Notes: generated by a model from the letters alone, not told the origin. A stretch of DNA of 64,000 nucleotides from Myxococcales bacterium (GCA_037441385.1 JBBISH010000014.1:410-64409), one strand, 5' to 3'. Shown: positions 1 to 10,747, counted from the first letter of the stretch. Numbers and translations: made by a program.

Positions 1-2431
1 TTCAGGGCGCACGCCGCTGTTCGTCCTGGCCGTCCTGGTGCTGTGGACCGCGAGCTGCGGCGAGGACACCGCCGCGGTGAACGGCCCGCCGCGCGACGCG
101 GACGGGATCCTGCTGACGCCAGTGCCGCAGAAGTTCAGGTACCAATTCCGCGCATCCGCCAAGGGGTTCGAGGTCAAGCGCAACGCCGAGGACTGGCAGC
201 CGGTCTGGCCCATCGGTATCAACTTTGGCCTCGCCCTCCCCGGTCGTTCGCCCGGAGATTTCACCGCGACCCGCGAGGAGATCGGCCGCTGGCTCAGGGC
301 CGCCGCGGACATGGGCGCCAACACGGTCCGCATCTACACCGTGCAGTCGCCGGAGTTCTATCGGGAATTCCGCCGCTACAACCTCCTGCATCAAGACAAA
401 CCGCTGTTTCTGCTGCAGGGCGCGTGGCTCAAGGAGCCCGAGGAGGATCCGGCGACGGAAAAGGACCCCGACTACCTGAGCAGCCCGATCCGCACCTGGT
501 TCGAAGACGAGATCGACAAAGTCGTCGACGCCGTCCACGGCAACCGCACCATCCCCCGCGCCTCCGCCGCCAACCCGCTGAATTACGGGCGTGCTTGGGG
601 CACCTTTGACGCGGACTGCTCGCCGTGGCTCCTCGGCTACCTGGTCGGCCGCGAGATGGAGCCGTACACCATCGAGAACACGCTCGCCAAGCACGTGGAC
701 CCCGCGCTGAAAAGCTACGACAGCGGCAAGTACTTCCGCATCCAAGACGGCACTCCGGTCGAGGCGTTCCTGGTCGAGCACCTGGACCGCCTCATGACCC
801 TGCAGGTACAGCGCTACGGGGCCCAGCACCCGATCGGCTTCTCGAACTGGCCAACCCTGGACCCCCTACTGCACTACACCGAGCCCAAAATCCCCGTGTC
901 CACCGAGGATACCTACAGCGTGGACATGACCAAGATGCAGATCCAGCCGGTCTTTACCGCCGGCACCTTCATGAGCTTCCACGCCTACCCGTACTACCCC
1001 GACTTCATCCTGTACCAGCCCGAATACGCGGCGGTTTCTGACCAGGACGGGCCCAACTCGTACCTGGGCTACCTGCAGGATCTGCGCAAGTTCTATAAGG
1101 ATTACGCGGTCATCATCTCCGAGACGGGGCACCCGTCGTCGCAGGGCTCGGCGCACTTCGCCCCCTCTGGGCTAAACCACGGCGGTTACAACGAAAACGA
1201 GCAAGGTTGGGCCAACTTGCGGACCCTGCGCACGGTGGCGGCGTCGGGACTGGACGGGGCTTGCCTGTTCTCGATGGTTGACGAGTGGTTCAAGCGCGCA
1301 TGGATCACCGACCGGGTTTCGCTCCCCGCCGACCGGCGGCGGTTCTGGCACAACACCATGAGCCCCGAGCAGAACTTTGGCGTCATCGCCCTGAAGCCCG
1401 GCGCCGAGGGCAGCTACCACTTGGTTGACGGCGACGACAGCACGGACTGGAAAGGCAAGACGCCGCAAGCCGTGGCGGCCGGGGCCGTCGCGCACCCGCT
1501 GAACGACGGCTACGACCCCATGCGCGACCTCCGCGACGTGACCGTGGACCACGACGCTGGGTTCTTGCATCTCCGCCTGCGCGTTGCGAATTTGGACCCG
1601 GACGGCAACGGCAAGGTCGACTGGGCCAAGGTGGACTACCGCATCGCCATCGACGTCCTGGACGCCAAACGGGGTGACAGCCGGCTGCTGCCGTCGGGCC
1701 TGGTGCAGTTGGGCCGCCGCGCCGAGTTCCAAGTGGTCATTCACAGCCAAGACGACGTGCAGCTGCTGGTCGACCAGCCCTACGACCTCTTTGGCGTATG
1801 GCACAAAGTCAAGGAAACGTGGCAGTTGTACCATACCTCCGTCAACGACGACGGCCTGTACAACCTCGTGCACGCGCTCACCAACGACTTCTATGTGTGG
1901 ACACGCCAGGTTCCGGGCACGTCGACGCCCAGCGAGGTGGTGCTGGGGCCGCGCATCGAGCAAGAGACCGGTCGCTTCCGCTCCGGCCGCGAGCAAGACA
2001 ACTCGAGCAGCAATTTCTGGTTCGACCTCAAGAGCGGCGTCCTTGAACTCCGCATCCCGTTGAACTTGCTGAATATTACCGACCCGAGCCAGCGGCTCGT
2101 GGTGGACGACGACGGCACCGGCGGCAGCAAGCAGCACGAGCTGCACGTGGTCGAAACGCCCAGCCTCGGCATCGCTGTAGTGGCCATGGGCGGCGCAACC
2201 GACGAAAAAGGCGAGGGAACACTGGTGAGCGCCCTGCCGGCGCCGCAAGCGGTGACCGGCGGTGACTGGCTACTGCCAGCCGATAAATTCATCGACTATA
2301 CTTGGGCCAAGTGGGACACCGCGCCGCCGTACCACGAGTACCGCAAGAAGTCGTACTTCATCCTGCAGCAGAACCTGCCCAAAGTCCTGCCCAAAACCAT
2401 TGCGCTGACGCCGCCCAAAGAGGTGCCGTGA
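1..2431 (+). CDS. Secreted glycoside-hydrolase-like TIM-barrel lipoprotein (clan GH-A-like), 5' end outside window
   Basis: The frame is open from base 2 and encodes an N-terminal lipobox-like signal, ...LAVLVLWTASCGE. TIM-barrel hydrolase-like stretches follow: ANTVRIYTVQ and the candidate nucleophile motif ISETGHPS. The stop TGA (2429-2431) overlaps the next ATG by 1 nt. Confidence 0.55.
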   Translation, partial: SGRTPLFVLAVLVLWTASCGEDTAAVNGPPRDADGILLTPVPQKFRYQFRASAKGFEVKRNAEDWQPVWPIGINFGLALPGRSPGDFTATREEIGRWLRAAADMGANTVRIYTVQSPEFYREFRRYNLLHQDKPLFLLQGAWLKEPEEDPATEKDPDYLSSPIRTWFEDEIDKVVDAVHGNRTIPRASAANPLNYGRAWGTFDADCSPWLLGYLVGREMEPYTIENTLAKHVDPALKSYDSGKYFRIQDGTPVEAFLVEHLDRLMTLQVQRYGAQHPIGFSNWPTLDPLLHYTEPKIPVSTEDTYSVDMTKMQIQPVFTAGTFMSFHAYPYYPDFILYQPEYAAVSDQDGPNSYLGYLQDLRKFYKDYAVIISETGHPSSQGSAHFAPSGLNHGGYNENEQGWANLRTLRTVAASGLDGACLFSMVDEWFKRAWITDRVSLPADRRRFWHNTMSPEQNFGVIALKPGAEGSYHLVDGDDSTDWKGKTPQAVAAGAVAHPLNDGYDPMRDLRDVTVDHDAGFLHLRLRVANLDPDGNGKVDWAKVDYRIAIDVLDAKRGDSRLLPSGLVQLGRRAEFQVVIHSQDDVQLLVDQPYDLFGVWHKVKETWQLYHTSVNDDGLYNLVHALTNDFYVWTRQVPGTSTPSEVVLGPRIEQETGRFRSGREQDNSSSNFWFDLKSGVLELRIPLNLLNITDPSQRLVVDDDGTGGSKQHELHVVETPSLGIAVVAMGGATDEKGEGTLVSALPAPQAVTGGDWLLPADKFIDYTWAKWDTAPPYHEYRKKSYFILQQNLPKVLPKTIALTPPKEVP

Positions 2432-5400
2432 TGGCGAACGCGCGCACGACTCATTGGATAGGAATATCGACCATCGCACTCATGCTCGCCGCCTGCGATG
2501 TGAGCACCGGCCCCGTGCTGGAAGTCGCCGCCGATCCTGGCGAAGACGGCCGCACGTACCCCAGCGTCGATGTCGCGGTCGGTCCCCAGGTCGACTTTGA
2601 CAGCATCAACGCCCGCGACCGCGGCAAGGTCCGGACCTGGGTCCCCGACCCCAGCGCTCCAGCGGCCGCCGTGGCAATGGCCTGCGACGGCGCGACCGGC
2701 AAACCCGGCGGTGGCTGCTGCGATCCCGGCCAAGCTTGGTCCGCGGCCAGCCAGATCTGCGCGCCGGTCAGCGGCGGCGCGTGCAAGTCGGCCACGGACT
2801 GCGCCCTGCCCTGGTGCTTCGACCGGCTGGACGCGGCGGGCTTGCCGTGCAGCGGCGACGCGCCGGATTGCCGAGTGGTGCCAAGGGATTGCAAGGCCAC
2901 GGACCTGGGCCCCGACCACCGCTGCTTGGTGGGTCAGGCGCCGCAGGGCAGCAGCTGTGCGGGGGTGGCAAGCGCGGTGCAACAGCCCTTTGGCGGCACG
3001 GCGGCGGCAACGGATCCGCTACCCAGCAAACCGCCCGAATTGATTGAGCCTATCCTTGCGCTCAAGGATGTTCTGCCCGACCTGCCGACCGCGAGCCTGC
3101 CGACGTGGTGCGCCAACGCCGTGGGCGACGTGGTGCCCTGCCCAAGCGGGGCAACGGGCTGCGCCGTAGGCCAAATCAAAGGCGCCAGCGGCAGTTGTGT
3201 GCCCCTGGCCGAGACCCTGCCGGCGTGGTGTCCGCCCGGTTTCGTCGGCAACGGCGAGCCGGCCCTCTGCACTGCCGACCTGGCCGACTGCGGCAGCGGC
3301 CCCTGGGGCAACTCCGTGCCCAGCAACGCGATCTACGTCGACGGCGGCGCGGCAGCGGGCGGCAATGGCAGCAGCGGCGCGCCCCTGAACGACCTGGCCA
3401 AAGCGCTCGCGGCGGCGGTGACCGATACCACGGTGGTGGTGGCGGCGGGCACGTATTCGTTGCCTGTCCAAGGTCTTACGATCCCTGCCTCGGTCACGCT
3501 GCGCGGCCGCTGCGCGCAACTCGTCAAGCTGCAAGCGGACGCCAACAGCAACCTCGCAGTCAAGGTGTCGGGCAAAGTCGAACGACTCGCCGTCGCGGGC
3601 GGCAACATCCCCCTGCAGGTCAACCCCGGCGGCGTGGCCGAGCGGCTGCTGGTCAGTGGCAGCAAGGTCGCGGCGGTGAACTTGGCCGGCACACTGCGCG
3701 ACAGCCTGATTCTGCCGGCCAGCAAGGGCATCGAAATTGCCAGCGAGAACGTGGTCGTCCAGCGGGTGCGCGTGGATCAGGCCGTGGGCCGGGCGTTTGC
3801 GGCCTACAGCGCGGCCAAGGTGCAAGTCACGGATCTCGTGGTCACGGCTACGCAACCCAGTGGCGGCAGCCAGGGCCGGGGGGTCGTGGTGGCCGAGGGC
3901 GCCCAGGTGGCCATCGACGGCCTGCGCACCCAAGACAACAGCGACGTGGCCGTGGTGAGCACCGACCCCGGCTCGCAGGTGACGCTGCAGCGTTTCGCGC
4001 TGGTCGCCACCAAGCCGCAACCCGTGGACGGCACAGGCGGTCAGGGCGTGGCGGTCACCGGCGGAGCGCTGGCAGCGCTGCGTCATGGGCGAATTCTGCA
4101 GTCCACCTCGTCGGGTGTGCTCGTCAGCGGCGCGGGCAGCACCGCGACCCTGGGCAACGTGACGGTGGAGCAAACCCAAGCCGGCAAGGACGGTTACGGC
4201 GGCGAGGGCCTGCGCGCGCAGTCCGGCGGCCAGCTGACGGCGCAGGCGGTGGTGGTGAGCAGCGCCCACGCCCACGGCGTGCTGGGCACGGGCGCGCAGT
4301 GCAAGCTGAGCCTGGCCAACCTGCTGGTCAGCGGCACAGAAGTGCGCATCGCGGATGGCAAAGCCGGCCACGGCGCCTGGTTCGAGGGCGGCACCAGCGC
4401 GGACCTGCAGCAGGTCCGCCTGACCGCCAACCGCGCCGCGGGCCTGGGCATTGCCGGCTCCAACACCACCGCGACGGGCGACGGCGTGATCATCGACGGC
4501 ACGCAGGCACAAAGCGTAGACGGCAAGCAGGGTTTTGGCCTGATGGTCGTCGAGGGCGCCAGCGCGACCCTGGGGAACGTGCGCGCGTCGAAGAACCGCA
4601 GCGTGGGAGTCCTGGTGGCCGATCCGGGCAGCAAGCTCCAAGTGAACAAGCTGATTGTGGACGAGACCTTGCCGCGGCAGAACGACGGCTCGGGCGGCAT
4701 CGGCGTCAGCGTAGAGGGCGGCGCCAGCCTGCTCGCCACCTCGCTCCGCTCGTTCAAAAATCGCACCTTTGGCGTGCAGATCGACGGCGACGGCAGCAGC
4801 GCGATGCTTGGCAACGGCGGCGGCGTGGTGGTCGACAGCACGCAACCCGGCTCCGCCTCTCAGAAAGGCGGCTGGGGCATCTCGGTAGCGGGCGGCGGCA
4901 AGCTGAGCTTGAGCTTCGCCTTGGTCGACAGTGCCCGCGAAGTGGCGCTGGCGGCCAGCGGCACCGGCACCCAGCTCGACGCCGTTGAAGTGACGCTGGA
5001 AAACACCATGGCCGGCCCCAAGGGCGAAATGGGCCGCGGTCTGATAGTCGAGGCGGGCGCAGTAGCCAACGTCAAGGGTTTGGCCGCCGTCTTCAATCGC
5101 CAGGCCGGGGTGTCGGTGCACTCGGCCAAGCTGGACTTGAGCGACGCCTGGATCGGCGGCACCTTGCCCGACGAGTCCACCGCCTCGCCCGCCGGCAAAG
5201 GCCAGTACGGGCGCGGACTTACTGCTGCTGGCAACGCCAAGGTCAACCTGCTGCGCGTGCGCCTGAGCGACAACCGCGAGGCGGCCCTGTCGGCCTACAA
5301 CCAAAGCAGCGTGCGCGCCGACCACCTGAGCATTGACGCCACCTTGCCGCAGCCACAGGGCAAGGAAGGCGGCCGCGCCATCGACGTGGCCCACCAGGCG

Positions 5401-6150
5401 ACGGTGGACGTGCAGCACGCCGTCCTGCGCGGGCACGTGGAGGTGGCGGCGGCGGTGAGCGGCCAGGGCGCGACCCTGCGGCTCGCCGACGTGGCGGTGC
5501 AGAAGGTGGTGGCCGACGCCGACGGGCAGGCGGGCATGGCGCTGGCGGCCCAGAGCGGCGGTCTGCTGCAGGTGGCCGGCGTGACGACCAGTGACACACA
5601 AAACGCCGGCGTGGCGGTGCGGGCGGCTCAGGCCAGCCTGTACGGGCTCTCGGTTGGCGGCGTGCAGAGCAACGCCGCGGGCCAGAAGGGGTTTGGCGTG
5701 CAGGGCTACCTCAATGCGGTGGCCACGTTGCGCGGAGTGCGCGTCGCGGGCGCCCACGGCAGCGGCCTGCTTTGGCGCGAAGGCAGCCTAAACGCGGACA
5801 ATGTGGGCATTTTCTCCACCGCCACCGCCGACTTCGCCTGGGGCAAGTACACGGTGGCCGCCGGCGACGGCGCGACCCTGGTCGACAGCCAGGTCACTTT
5901 GAAGCACGCGTACTTGCTAGGCAACGCCCGCGCCGGGGCCGTGTTCAGCGGCGGCAGCGTCACGCTGAGCGAAGTGCTGAGCCAGGGCAACGGCATCGGC
6001 TGGTGCTTGCAGGGCGCAGCGGTCCTGTTGGGCGACCTGTTCGCCGCCGTGGACAACACGGTGCAAGTGTGGTTGGGCTCGTCGCTACCCGTGCCGCCGC
6101 CCCTGCAGCCCGTGGCGCCGCGTTGGGCCCTGTATCCGCTGACGATTTGA
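2431..6150 (+). CDS. Giant Cys-rich N-terminal module + right-handed parallel beta-helix repeat lipoprotein
   Basis: The start MANARTTHWIGISTIALMLAAC is a lipoprotein signal. About 250 aa of Cys-rich sequence (>25 Cys) follows. The remaining ~900 aa are Gly/Ala/Val-rich with periodic VxVxGGxxxL-type beta-helix repeats. It is translationally coupled to the upstream gene through a TGATG overlap. Confidence 0.6.
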   Translation: MANARTTHWIGISTIALMLAACDVSTGPVLEVAADPGEDGRTYPSVDVAVGPQVDFDSINARDRGKVRTWVPDPSAPAAAVAMACDGATGKPGGGCCDPGQAWSAASQICAPVSGGACKSATDCALPWCFDRLDAAGLPCSGDAPDCRVVPRDCKATDLGPDHRCLVGQAPQGSSCAGVASAVQQPFGGTAAATDPLPSKPPELIEPILALKDVLPDLPTASLPTWCANAVGDVVPCPSGATGCAVGQIKGASGSCVPLAETLPAWCPPGFVGNGEPALCTADLADCGSGPWGNSVPSNAIYVDGGAAAGGNGSSGAPLNDLAKALAAAVTDTTVVVAAGTYSLPVQGLTIPASVTLRGRCAQLVKLQADANSNLAVKVSGKVERLAVAGGNIPLQVNPGGVAERLLVSGSKVAAVNLAGTLRDSLILPASKGIEIASENVVVQRVRVDQAVGRAFAAYSAAKVQVTDLVVTATQPSGGSQGRGVVVAEGAQVAIDGLRTQDNSDVAVVSTDPGSQVTLQRFALVATKPQPVDGTGGQGVAVTGGALAALRHGRILQSTSSGVLVSGAGSTATLGNVTVEQTQAGKDGYGGEGLRAQSGGQLTAQAVVVSSAHAHGVLGTGAQCKLSLANLLVSGTEVRIADGKAGHGAWFEGGTSADLQQVRLTANRAAGLGIAGSNTTATGDGVIIDGTQAQSVDGKQGFGLMVVEGASATLGNVRASKNRSVGVLVADPGSKLQVNKLIVDETLPRQNDGSGGIGVSVEGGASLLATSLRSFKNRTFGVQIDGDGSSAMLGNGGGVVVDSTQPGSASQKGGWGISVAGGGKLSLSFALVDSAREVALAASGTGTQLDAVEVTLENTMAGPKGEMGRGLIVEAGAVANVKGLAAVFNRQAGVSVHSAKLDLSDAWIGGTLPDESTASPAGKGQYGRGLTAAGNAKVNLLRVRLSDNREAALSAYNQSSVRADHLSIDATLPQPQGKEGGRAIDVAHQATVDVQHAVLRGHVEVAAAVSGQGATLRLADVAVQKVVADADGQAGMALAAQSGGLLQVAGVTTSDTQNAGVAVRAAQASLYGLSVGGVQSNAAGQKGFGVQGYLNAVATLRGVRVAGAHGSGLLWREGSLNADNVGIFSTATADFAWGKYTVAAGDGATLVDSQVTLKHAYLLGNARAGAVFSGGSVTLSEVLSQGNGIGWCLQGAAVLLGDLFAAVDNTVQVWLGSSLPVPPPLQPVAPRWALYPLTI

Positions 6151-6229
6151 CGTGGCCGACTTGCGCCGGCCGCCCGCGGCACCTGGGCAAACGTGCTATC
6201 CTGATGAGGACCACTTGGCGAGGCTGACC

Positions 6230-7708
6230 ATGCCGACCGTGGCCCAGATTCGCGCCATTGCCCCCCTCGTTGCGGCGGTGACCCTGCTGGCGTCTCCGGC
6301 GAGCGCCGCGCCGCGCGAGAACAAGGCGACCGCCAGCCCTGTCCCCAGTCCGCGGCCAGTGGTCTATGCCGACGACTTTGCGGTGCTCAGCCCGGCCGCG
6401 CGCGACCTGCAGAGGTCGCCGGCGGGTCGCTTCTCGTATTGCCTGCGGAGTACGGCGGTGTACGACTGCCTGGCGTACGGCCAAGACGGCAGCGTCCGCC
6501 ACAAACGCCACGAAAAGACGGCCCACGGCACGGCGTTTGCCTACCGGCGCAGCGGCGGCGACACCTTCTTGGTCACCAACGAGCACGTGGTCACCTGGCC
6601 GCTGGTCACCAGCGACGACACCCCAGTGGACGATGTGCCGATGGGCTGCAAACGGGTGGACAGCGGTCTGCGCATCGTGGCGGGCGAGGGCGACCGCGAC
6701 GACCGCGACGACGTGCCGCTGACACTGGTCCTGGCGGACTCGCTGCTGGACGTGGCCGTGCTGCGGACGCGCGCCGCTCTGACCGTGATGCCCTACCCCA
6801 TTGGCCGCAGCGCCAACCTCAAGGTCGGCAACGTAGTGACCATCCAGGGCTATCCGCTGGGCGTGATGGAAACGACCAACACGGGCAAGGTGATCAACAC
6901 GGCGGATCACGACACAGCCAACGATCGCGATCACTTGGACTTTGTGGTGGACGCGCCGCTATCGCCGGGCAACTCGGGCTCGCCGGTCCTGGCCGTGAGC
7001 AAGACCACCGGACAATTGGAATTGGTTGGTATATTCCATGCTGGATATGCTCGCGGCGAAGGTCTGAACGTGGTGGTGGCCATCGACCAGGTGCTGGATT
7101 TGATGATGTGGCTGCGCCGCTCGACCCGGCCCGAGGCCGAGTTCGACCGATTGGGACCCAGCGAGCGGCGCGACCTGAGCCTGTACTTGCGGCAGACGGG
7201 CGGGCGAATGCTGTTTGGTTTGGCGGGTCTGACGGCCTGCGTCCACGTGTTGGCCAATGGCGAGCTCGCGTTCGAGCTGTTCGACAAAGCCTTGCCCCTG
7301 ACCGAGGATCGGCTGCTGCTGCTGGTCGACGCACCCGAGGCGCAAGCTTTTGGCCGGCTTGAGGCGACCTACTTTGGCGTGCGCGGGTTGCTCTACGCCA
7401 CCGACGACCACAGCCAGGGGCCCGATGTTCGCTCGCAGCTGCAGCGAATCCACCAGCGGTTGCGCGTTGATGCCGTGTGGACGATGCGTTGGCGCGCGGC
7501 CCGCTTTACCGCCGGCCAAGATCGCGACCAGCGCGCCCTAGAGCGTTGGCGCCACAAGAATGCGGGGCTGGCCGCCGAGGCGGCTGCAGCAACGGCCGAA
7601 TTGCTAGGCAAGCTGCAGGCGCAGCCAGGTCAAGTTGGGCGGACGCCAGTGGCGCTTCTGGCCGAACTGTATGGTTTGCCCCAGGCGCCCACGCCGGCCA
7701 GCCAATAG
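6230..7708 (+). CDS. Secreted trypsin-like (S1/chymotrypsin-fold) serine protease
   Basis: The signal peptide is MPTVAQIRAIAPLVAAVTLLASPASA. The sequence carries GTAFAY...TNEHVV (His region) and GNSGSPVL (catalytic Ser motif). A ~230-aa C-terminal extension follows. Confidence 0.65.
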   Translation: MPTVAQIRAIAPLVAAVTLLASPASAAPRENKATASPVPSPRPVVYADDFAVLSPAARDLQRSPAGRFSYCLRSTAVYDCLAYGQDGSVRHKRHEKTAHGTAFAYRRSGGDTFLVTNEHVVTWPLVTSDDTPVDDVPMGCKRVDSGLRIVAGEGDRDDRDDVPLTLVLADSLLDVAVLRTRAALTVMPYPIGRSANLKVGNVVTIQGYPLGVMETTNTGKVINTADHDTANDRDHLDFVVDAPLSPGNSGSPVLAVSKTTGQLELVGIFHAGYARGEGLNVVVAIDQVLDLMMWLRRSTRPEAEFDRLGPSERRDLSLYLRQTGGRMLFGLAGLTACVHVLANGELAFELFDKALPLTEDRLLLLVDAPEAQAFGRLEATYFGVRGLLYATDDHSQGPDVRSQLQRIHQRLRVDAVWTMRWRAARFTAGQDRDQRALERWRHKNAGLAAEAAAATAELLGKLQAQPGQVGRTPVALLAELYGLPQAPTPASQ

Positions 7709-7720
7709 ATGCGGCGGGCC

Positions 7721-10700
7721 CTACGCGACCATGCGCACGCGGCTACCCTTGCCGTCGCTGCGGACCTCGACTTCGATGCCCTTGGCCAAACGCGCTTTCA
7801 TCTCGGGCACATGCGAGATGACCCCCACGAGCCGACCGGCAGCGTCGCGCCCCGAGGTCAGGTCGACCAAGGCCTGGATGGCCAGCTCCAGCGCCTCGGG
7901 GTCCAGGCTGCCAAAGCCCTCGTCGATGAACAGCGCGTCCAGACGAATGCCGCCGCTGTAACCCTGCACCACATCGGACAGTCCCAGGGCCAGAGCGAGC
8001 GACGCCAAGAAGCCCTCGCCGCCAGAAAGCGTTGTCGCCGGCCGCTGTTGCCCCGTATAGGCGTCCAGCACCTCCAGGTCCAGGCCAAAGGTCCGGCGGC
8101 GGTCTGTGATTTCCTCTTTACGCAAGAGTGCATAGCGACCCCGCGTCATGTCGTGCAGGCGCACGTTGGCTGCGCGCAGCACGTCGTCGAGCAGGCCAGC
8201 CAGGACGAACCGTTGCAAAGGCAGGCCCTTGGGGTTGTCGCCATTGCACGCGCTGGCCAGCTGTTTGACAACGGCGTAGTGCGCTTCCAGGTCTCCGGAT
8301 TGGCTGGCCAGGTCGGCCAGCAGTTTCTGGGTCCCGTGCAGTTGCTGCAGGGCGCCGTCCCAGGTCGCCAGTTCGCGCTGCGCGGCGACGTCGGCCAATT
8401 GCGCTGCCTCGGCCGCGGCTTGCAGGCCCTCCAGGTCTGGCTCGACGATCTCGACGGCCAAGCTGGCGGCCTGCTCGGCCAGTCCGCGCAACTCGTGCAG
8501 TCTGGTGCGCCACGCCTCGATGTTGGCCTGCAGATCGGCCAACTCGGCTGGGGCCCGCCGCGCCCCTTGCCAATCCTCCAGAGTCGCAAAACCTTGGGCG
8601 CGCAGGGCAGCGTCGCGCTGGCTCGCCGCGGTGCTGGCGCCCGTCTGCGCCTCGGCTTGAGCCGCCACCTGCGCATCCAGGTTGCCCATAGCCGCAGCAA
8701 GCTGGGCCCGCAACTGCGCCGCCTGCTGTTCCGCAGCCTCCACCGCCTCTTGAATGGCCTTGGCGCCCCGTTGGCACTCGGCGTGGGCGGCCTGAAGCTG
8801 CGCTGGAGTCCGCAGTTCCTCGGGCAGGTCCGCTTCCAAGGCGACCACGGCCTGCTGGGCTGCAGCGGCGTGGGTGGCCAAATCCGCAGCGGCTGTCTCA
8901 AGTTCCGCGGCATGGTTCCGGGCTAGGTCTAGCTCGGCTTGCAGGGCTTCGGCGCGGCTTTGGACCGCCGGCAAGTGCTTGTCCGCCGCCACGGCCTGGG
9001 CGACCGCGGTTTGCGCTTGGCGAAGCGCCTCGTCCGTCGCCTGGTCGGGGGGCAAGGCTTCGTCGGCCAACGTCGCTTGGGCCCGGAGCAGCACCTCCTG
9101 GGCGGCCGCCTGGCGCGCTTGAACCTCCACCACTTCGCGTGCCAGTTGCTCCACAGCGGTCCGCGCTTGTTCATAGCGACGCTTGGTTTGGTCCAGGTCT
9201 TGGTCGGTCGGCAGCGGTCCGCTGGAATGCGCAGGGGCTGGATGCTCGCGGCTGCCACACACGGGACAGGCCTGGCCGTGCTTCAATTCCAGCGCCAGCC
9301 GGGCCGCCTGCCCCTGCAGCCAGGCACGGTGGCACGCTTCATAGGCGTCCAGCGCCGCTTGCGCGCCCCCAGCCGCGGCATCCCGGCGCGCCGTGCTGGC
9401 CTGCGTCAGCTCTTGTTGCTTGCGGACGACCTCGCCTGCCGCTTGGACCTCGCCGCGCAACTTCTTGACCCGGTTCAGCTTCTCGACGACCGCCTGTTGG
9501 CCGGCAAGGCCAGCCGCTTGGGTCCGCAGGCGCAGGTACTCGGCTTGCGCCTTGGGCAATTCCTCGCCGAGCTGCTTGGCGTGGGCCTGACCGCTCCGAG
9601 CCGCCGCCTTGGCCACCTCGTGCTCGCGCTGCAGTTGGTTCGCCCGCCCGCGCGCCGCCGCCAGTCCGTCGACTTTGCCAGCCAACTTCTCGAGTTGCGC
9701 GACCCGACCCAGCAGCCGTTCGCGTTCCCCCGTGCGCTCGCGTTGCGCCAGCAAAGTCTGTTCCGCCGATTCGAGGAGCGGCTGAAGGCGATGGCAGGCC
9801 GCGCGCGCCGCGTCGACTTGCTTGCTGGCCCGATTCAGCTGCTCGGCGGCGGCCACCGCCAATTGCACCGGGGGCTCGGCCGCCTGGGCCTTTTGAGCGG
9901 CCGCCACCCGGTCCTCGCGCTGGCGTTGCTGGGTCGCCAGGGCCTGATGATCCGCCAGTTTTTGCGCGGATACGGCGCGTTCGTGCAGACGTTGCGCCGC
10001 TTGTTGCCCGGCCCGCAACGCTTGGTCGGCGGCTTGGCGGTTCTGGCTGGCCGTGCCAGTTTGAGCGCGGGCCGCGGCGGCATGCTCCGTCGCCTGGGCC
10101 AGCTTCTGGGTCAATTCGGCCAGAGTTTCAACACCCTGCGCACTCAGTAGGCCCTGGCGCTTGGCCGCGAGCAGCTTGAACTGGCTGTCCAGTTGGTCGG
10201 CCTGTTCATTCAGACCTTTTTGGATCCGCTCGTACAGGTGTGTGCCGAACAGCTGCTTGAGAATCGCCTCGCGCTGCGTGCTGTTGGCGGTCAGCAGCTG
10301 CCGGAAAGCGCCCTGCGGCAGCACCACAACTTGGCGAAACTGCTTGACGTCGAACCCCAGCAAATCGCGAATTTTTTCGTTCGCCTCTGTGATTCGTTGC
10401 GTGTGGCGTTGCCATTGGTCGGCGCCAACCTGGCGTTCGAGCAAGACCGACTGCCCCTCGCCACCCTCGCCGCGCCGCGCGGGACGCCGAGTCACACGCC
10501 AAGTGTCCGCGCCCAGGGCAAAAACCAGACGAACTTCGGTGGGCACGTCGCGCTCGGCGTGCTGGCTGCGGGTGTCGGCGGCGTCGCGCTCGCCGCCCGA
10601 AGTCTCGCCAAACAGCGCCAGGCACAGCGCGTCCAGGATGGTGGTCTTGCCGGCACCCGTCGGCCCGCTGATGGTGAACGGCGCTCGCTCTGGAAAGCAC

Positions 10701-10747
10701 GAAAAATCGATCGACTCGCGCCCGGCAAAGGGCCCAAAGGCCTGCAT
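7721..10747 (-). CDS. sbcC: SbcC/Rad50-family double-strand-break repair ATPase
   Basis: The start is MQAFGPFAG. It has a Walker A motif (GPTGAGKTT), a long coiled coil with a CPVCG zinc hook, and C-terminal SGGEGFLASLALALG and FIDEGFGSLD signature and D-loop motifs. Confidence 0.85.
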   Translation of the reverse strand: MQAFGPFAGRESIDFSCFPERAPFTISGPTGAGKTTILDALCLALFGETSGGERDAADTRSQHAERDVPTEVRLVFALGADTWRVTRRPARRGEGGEGQSVLLERQVGADQWQRHTQRITEANEKIRDLLGFDVKQFRQVVVLPQGAFRQLLTANSTQREAILKQLFGTHLYERIQKGLNEQADQLDSQFKLLAAKRQGLLSAQGVETLAELTQKLAQATEHAAAARAQTGTASQNRQAADQALRAGQQAAQRLHERAVSAQKLADHQALATQQRQREDRVAAAQKAQAAEPPVQLAVAAAEQLNRASKQVDAARAACHRLQPLLESAEQTLLAQRERTGERERLLGRVAQLEKLAGKVDGLAAARGRANQLQREHEVAKAAARSGQAHAKQLGEELPKAQAEYLRLRTQAAGLAGQQAVVEKLNRVKKLRGEVQAAGEVVRKQQELTQASTARRDAAAGGAQAALDAYEACHRAWLQGQAARLALELKHGQACPVCGSREHPAPAHSSGPLPTDQDLDQTKRRYEQARTAVEQLAREVVEVQARQAAAQEVLLRAQATLADEALPPDQATDEALRQAQTAVAQAVAADKHLPAVQSRAEALQAELDLARNHAAELETAAADLATHAAAAQQAVVALEADLPEELRTPAQLQAAHAECQRGAKAIQEAVEAAEQQAAQLRAQLAAAMGNLDAQVAAQAEAQTGASTAASQRDAALRAQGFATLEDWQGARRAPAELADLQANIEAWRTRLHELRGLAEQAASLAVEIVEPDLEGLQAAAEAAQLADVAAQRELATWDGALQQLHGTQKLLADLASQSGDLEAHYAVVKQLASACNGDNPKGLPLQRFVLAGLLDDVLRAANVRLHDMTRGRYALLRKEEITDRRRTFGLDLEVLDAYTGQQRPATTLSGGEGFLASLALALGLSDVVQGYSGGIRLDALFIDEGFGSLDPEALELAIQALVDLTSGRDAAGRLVGVISHVPEMKARLAKGIEVEVRSDGKGSRVRMVA

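Noticed and set aside
2-829. 275-aa minus-strand ORF at the window start
   Set aside because: It is antisense to the GH-like gene, whose forward frame carries a lipobox and hydrolase motifs.
3019-5757. 912-aa minus-strand ORF antisense to the beta-helix gene. Similar long antisense ORFs occur at 14316-16658, 22362-25040, 33633-35024, 39299-40756, 17679-19496, 45006-46238 and 61065-61832.
   Set aside because: They are Arg/Pro/His-rich, low-complexity translations typical of antisense frames in 70% GC DNA. The opposite strand in each case carries signal peptides and recognisable domain motifs.
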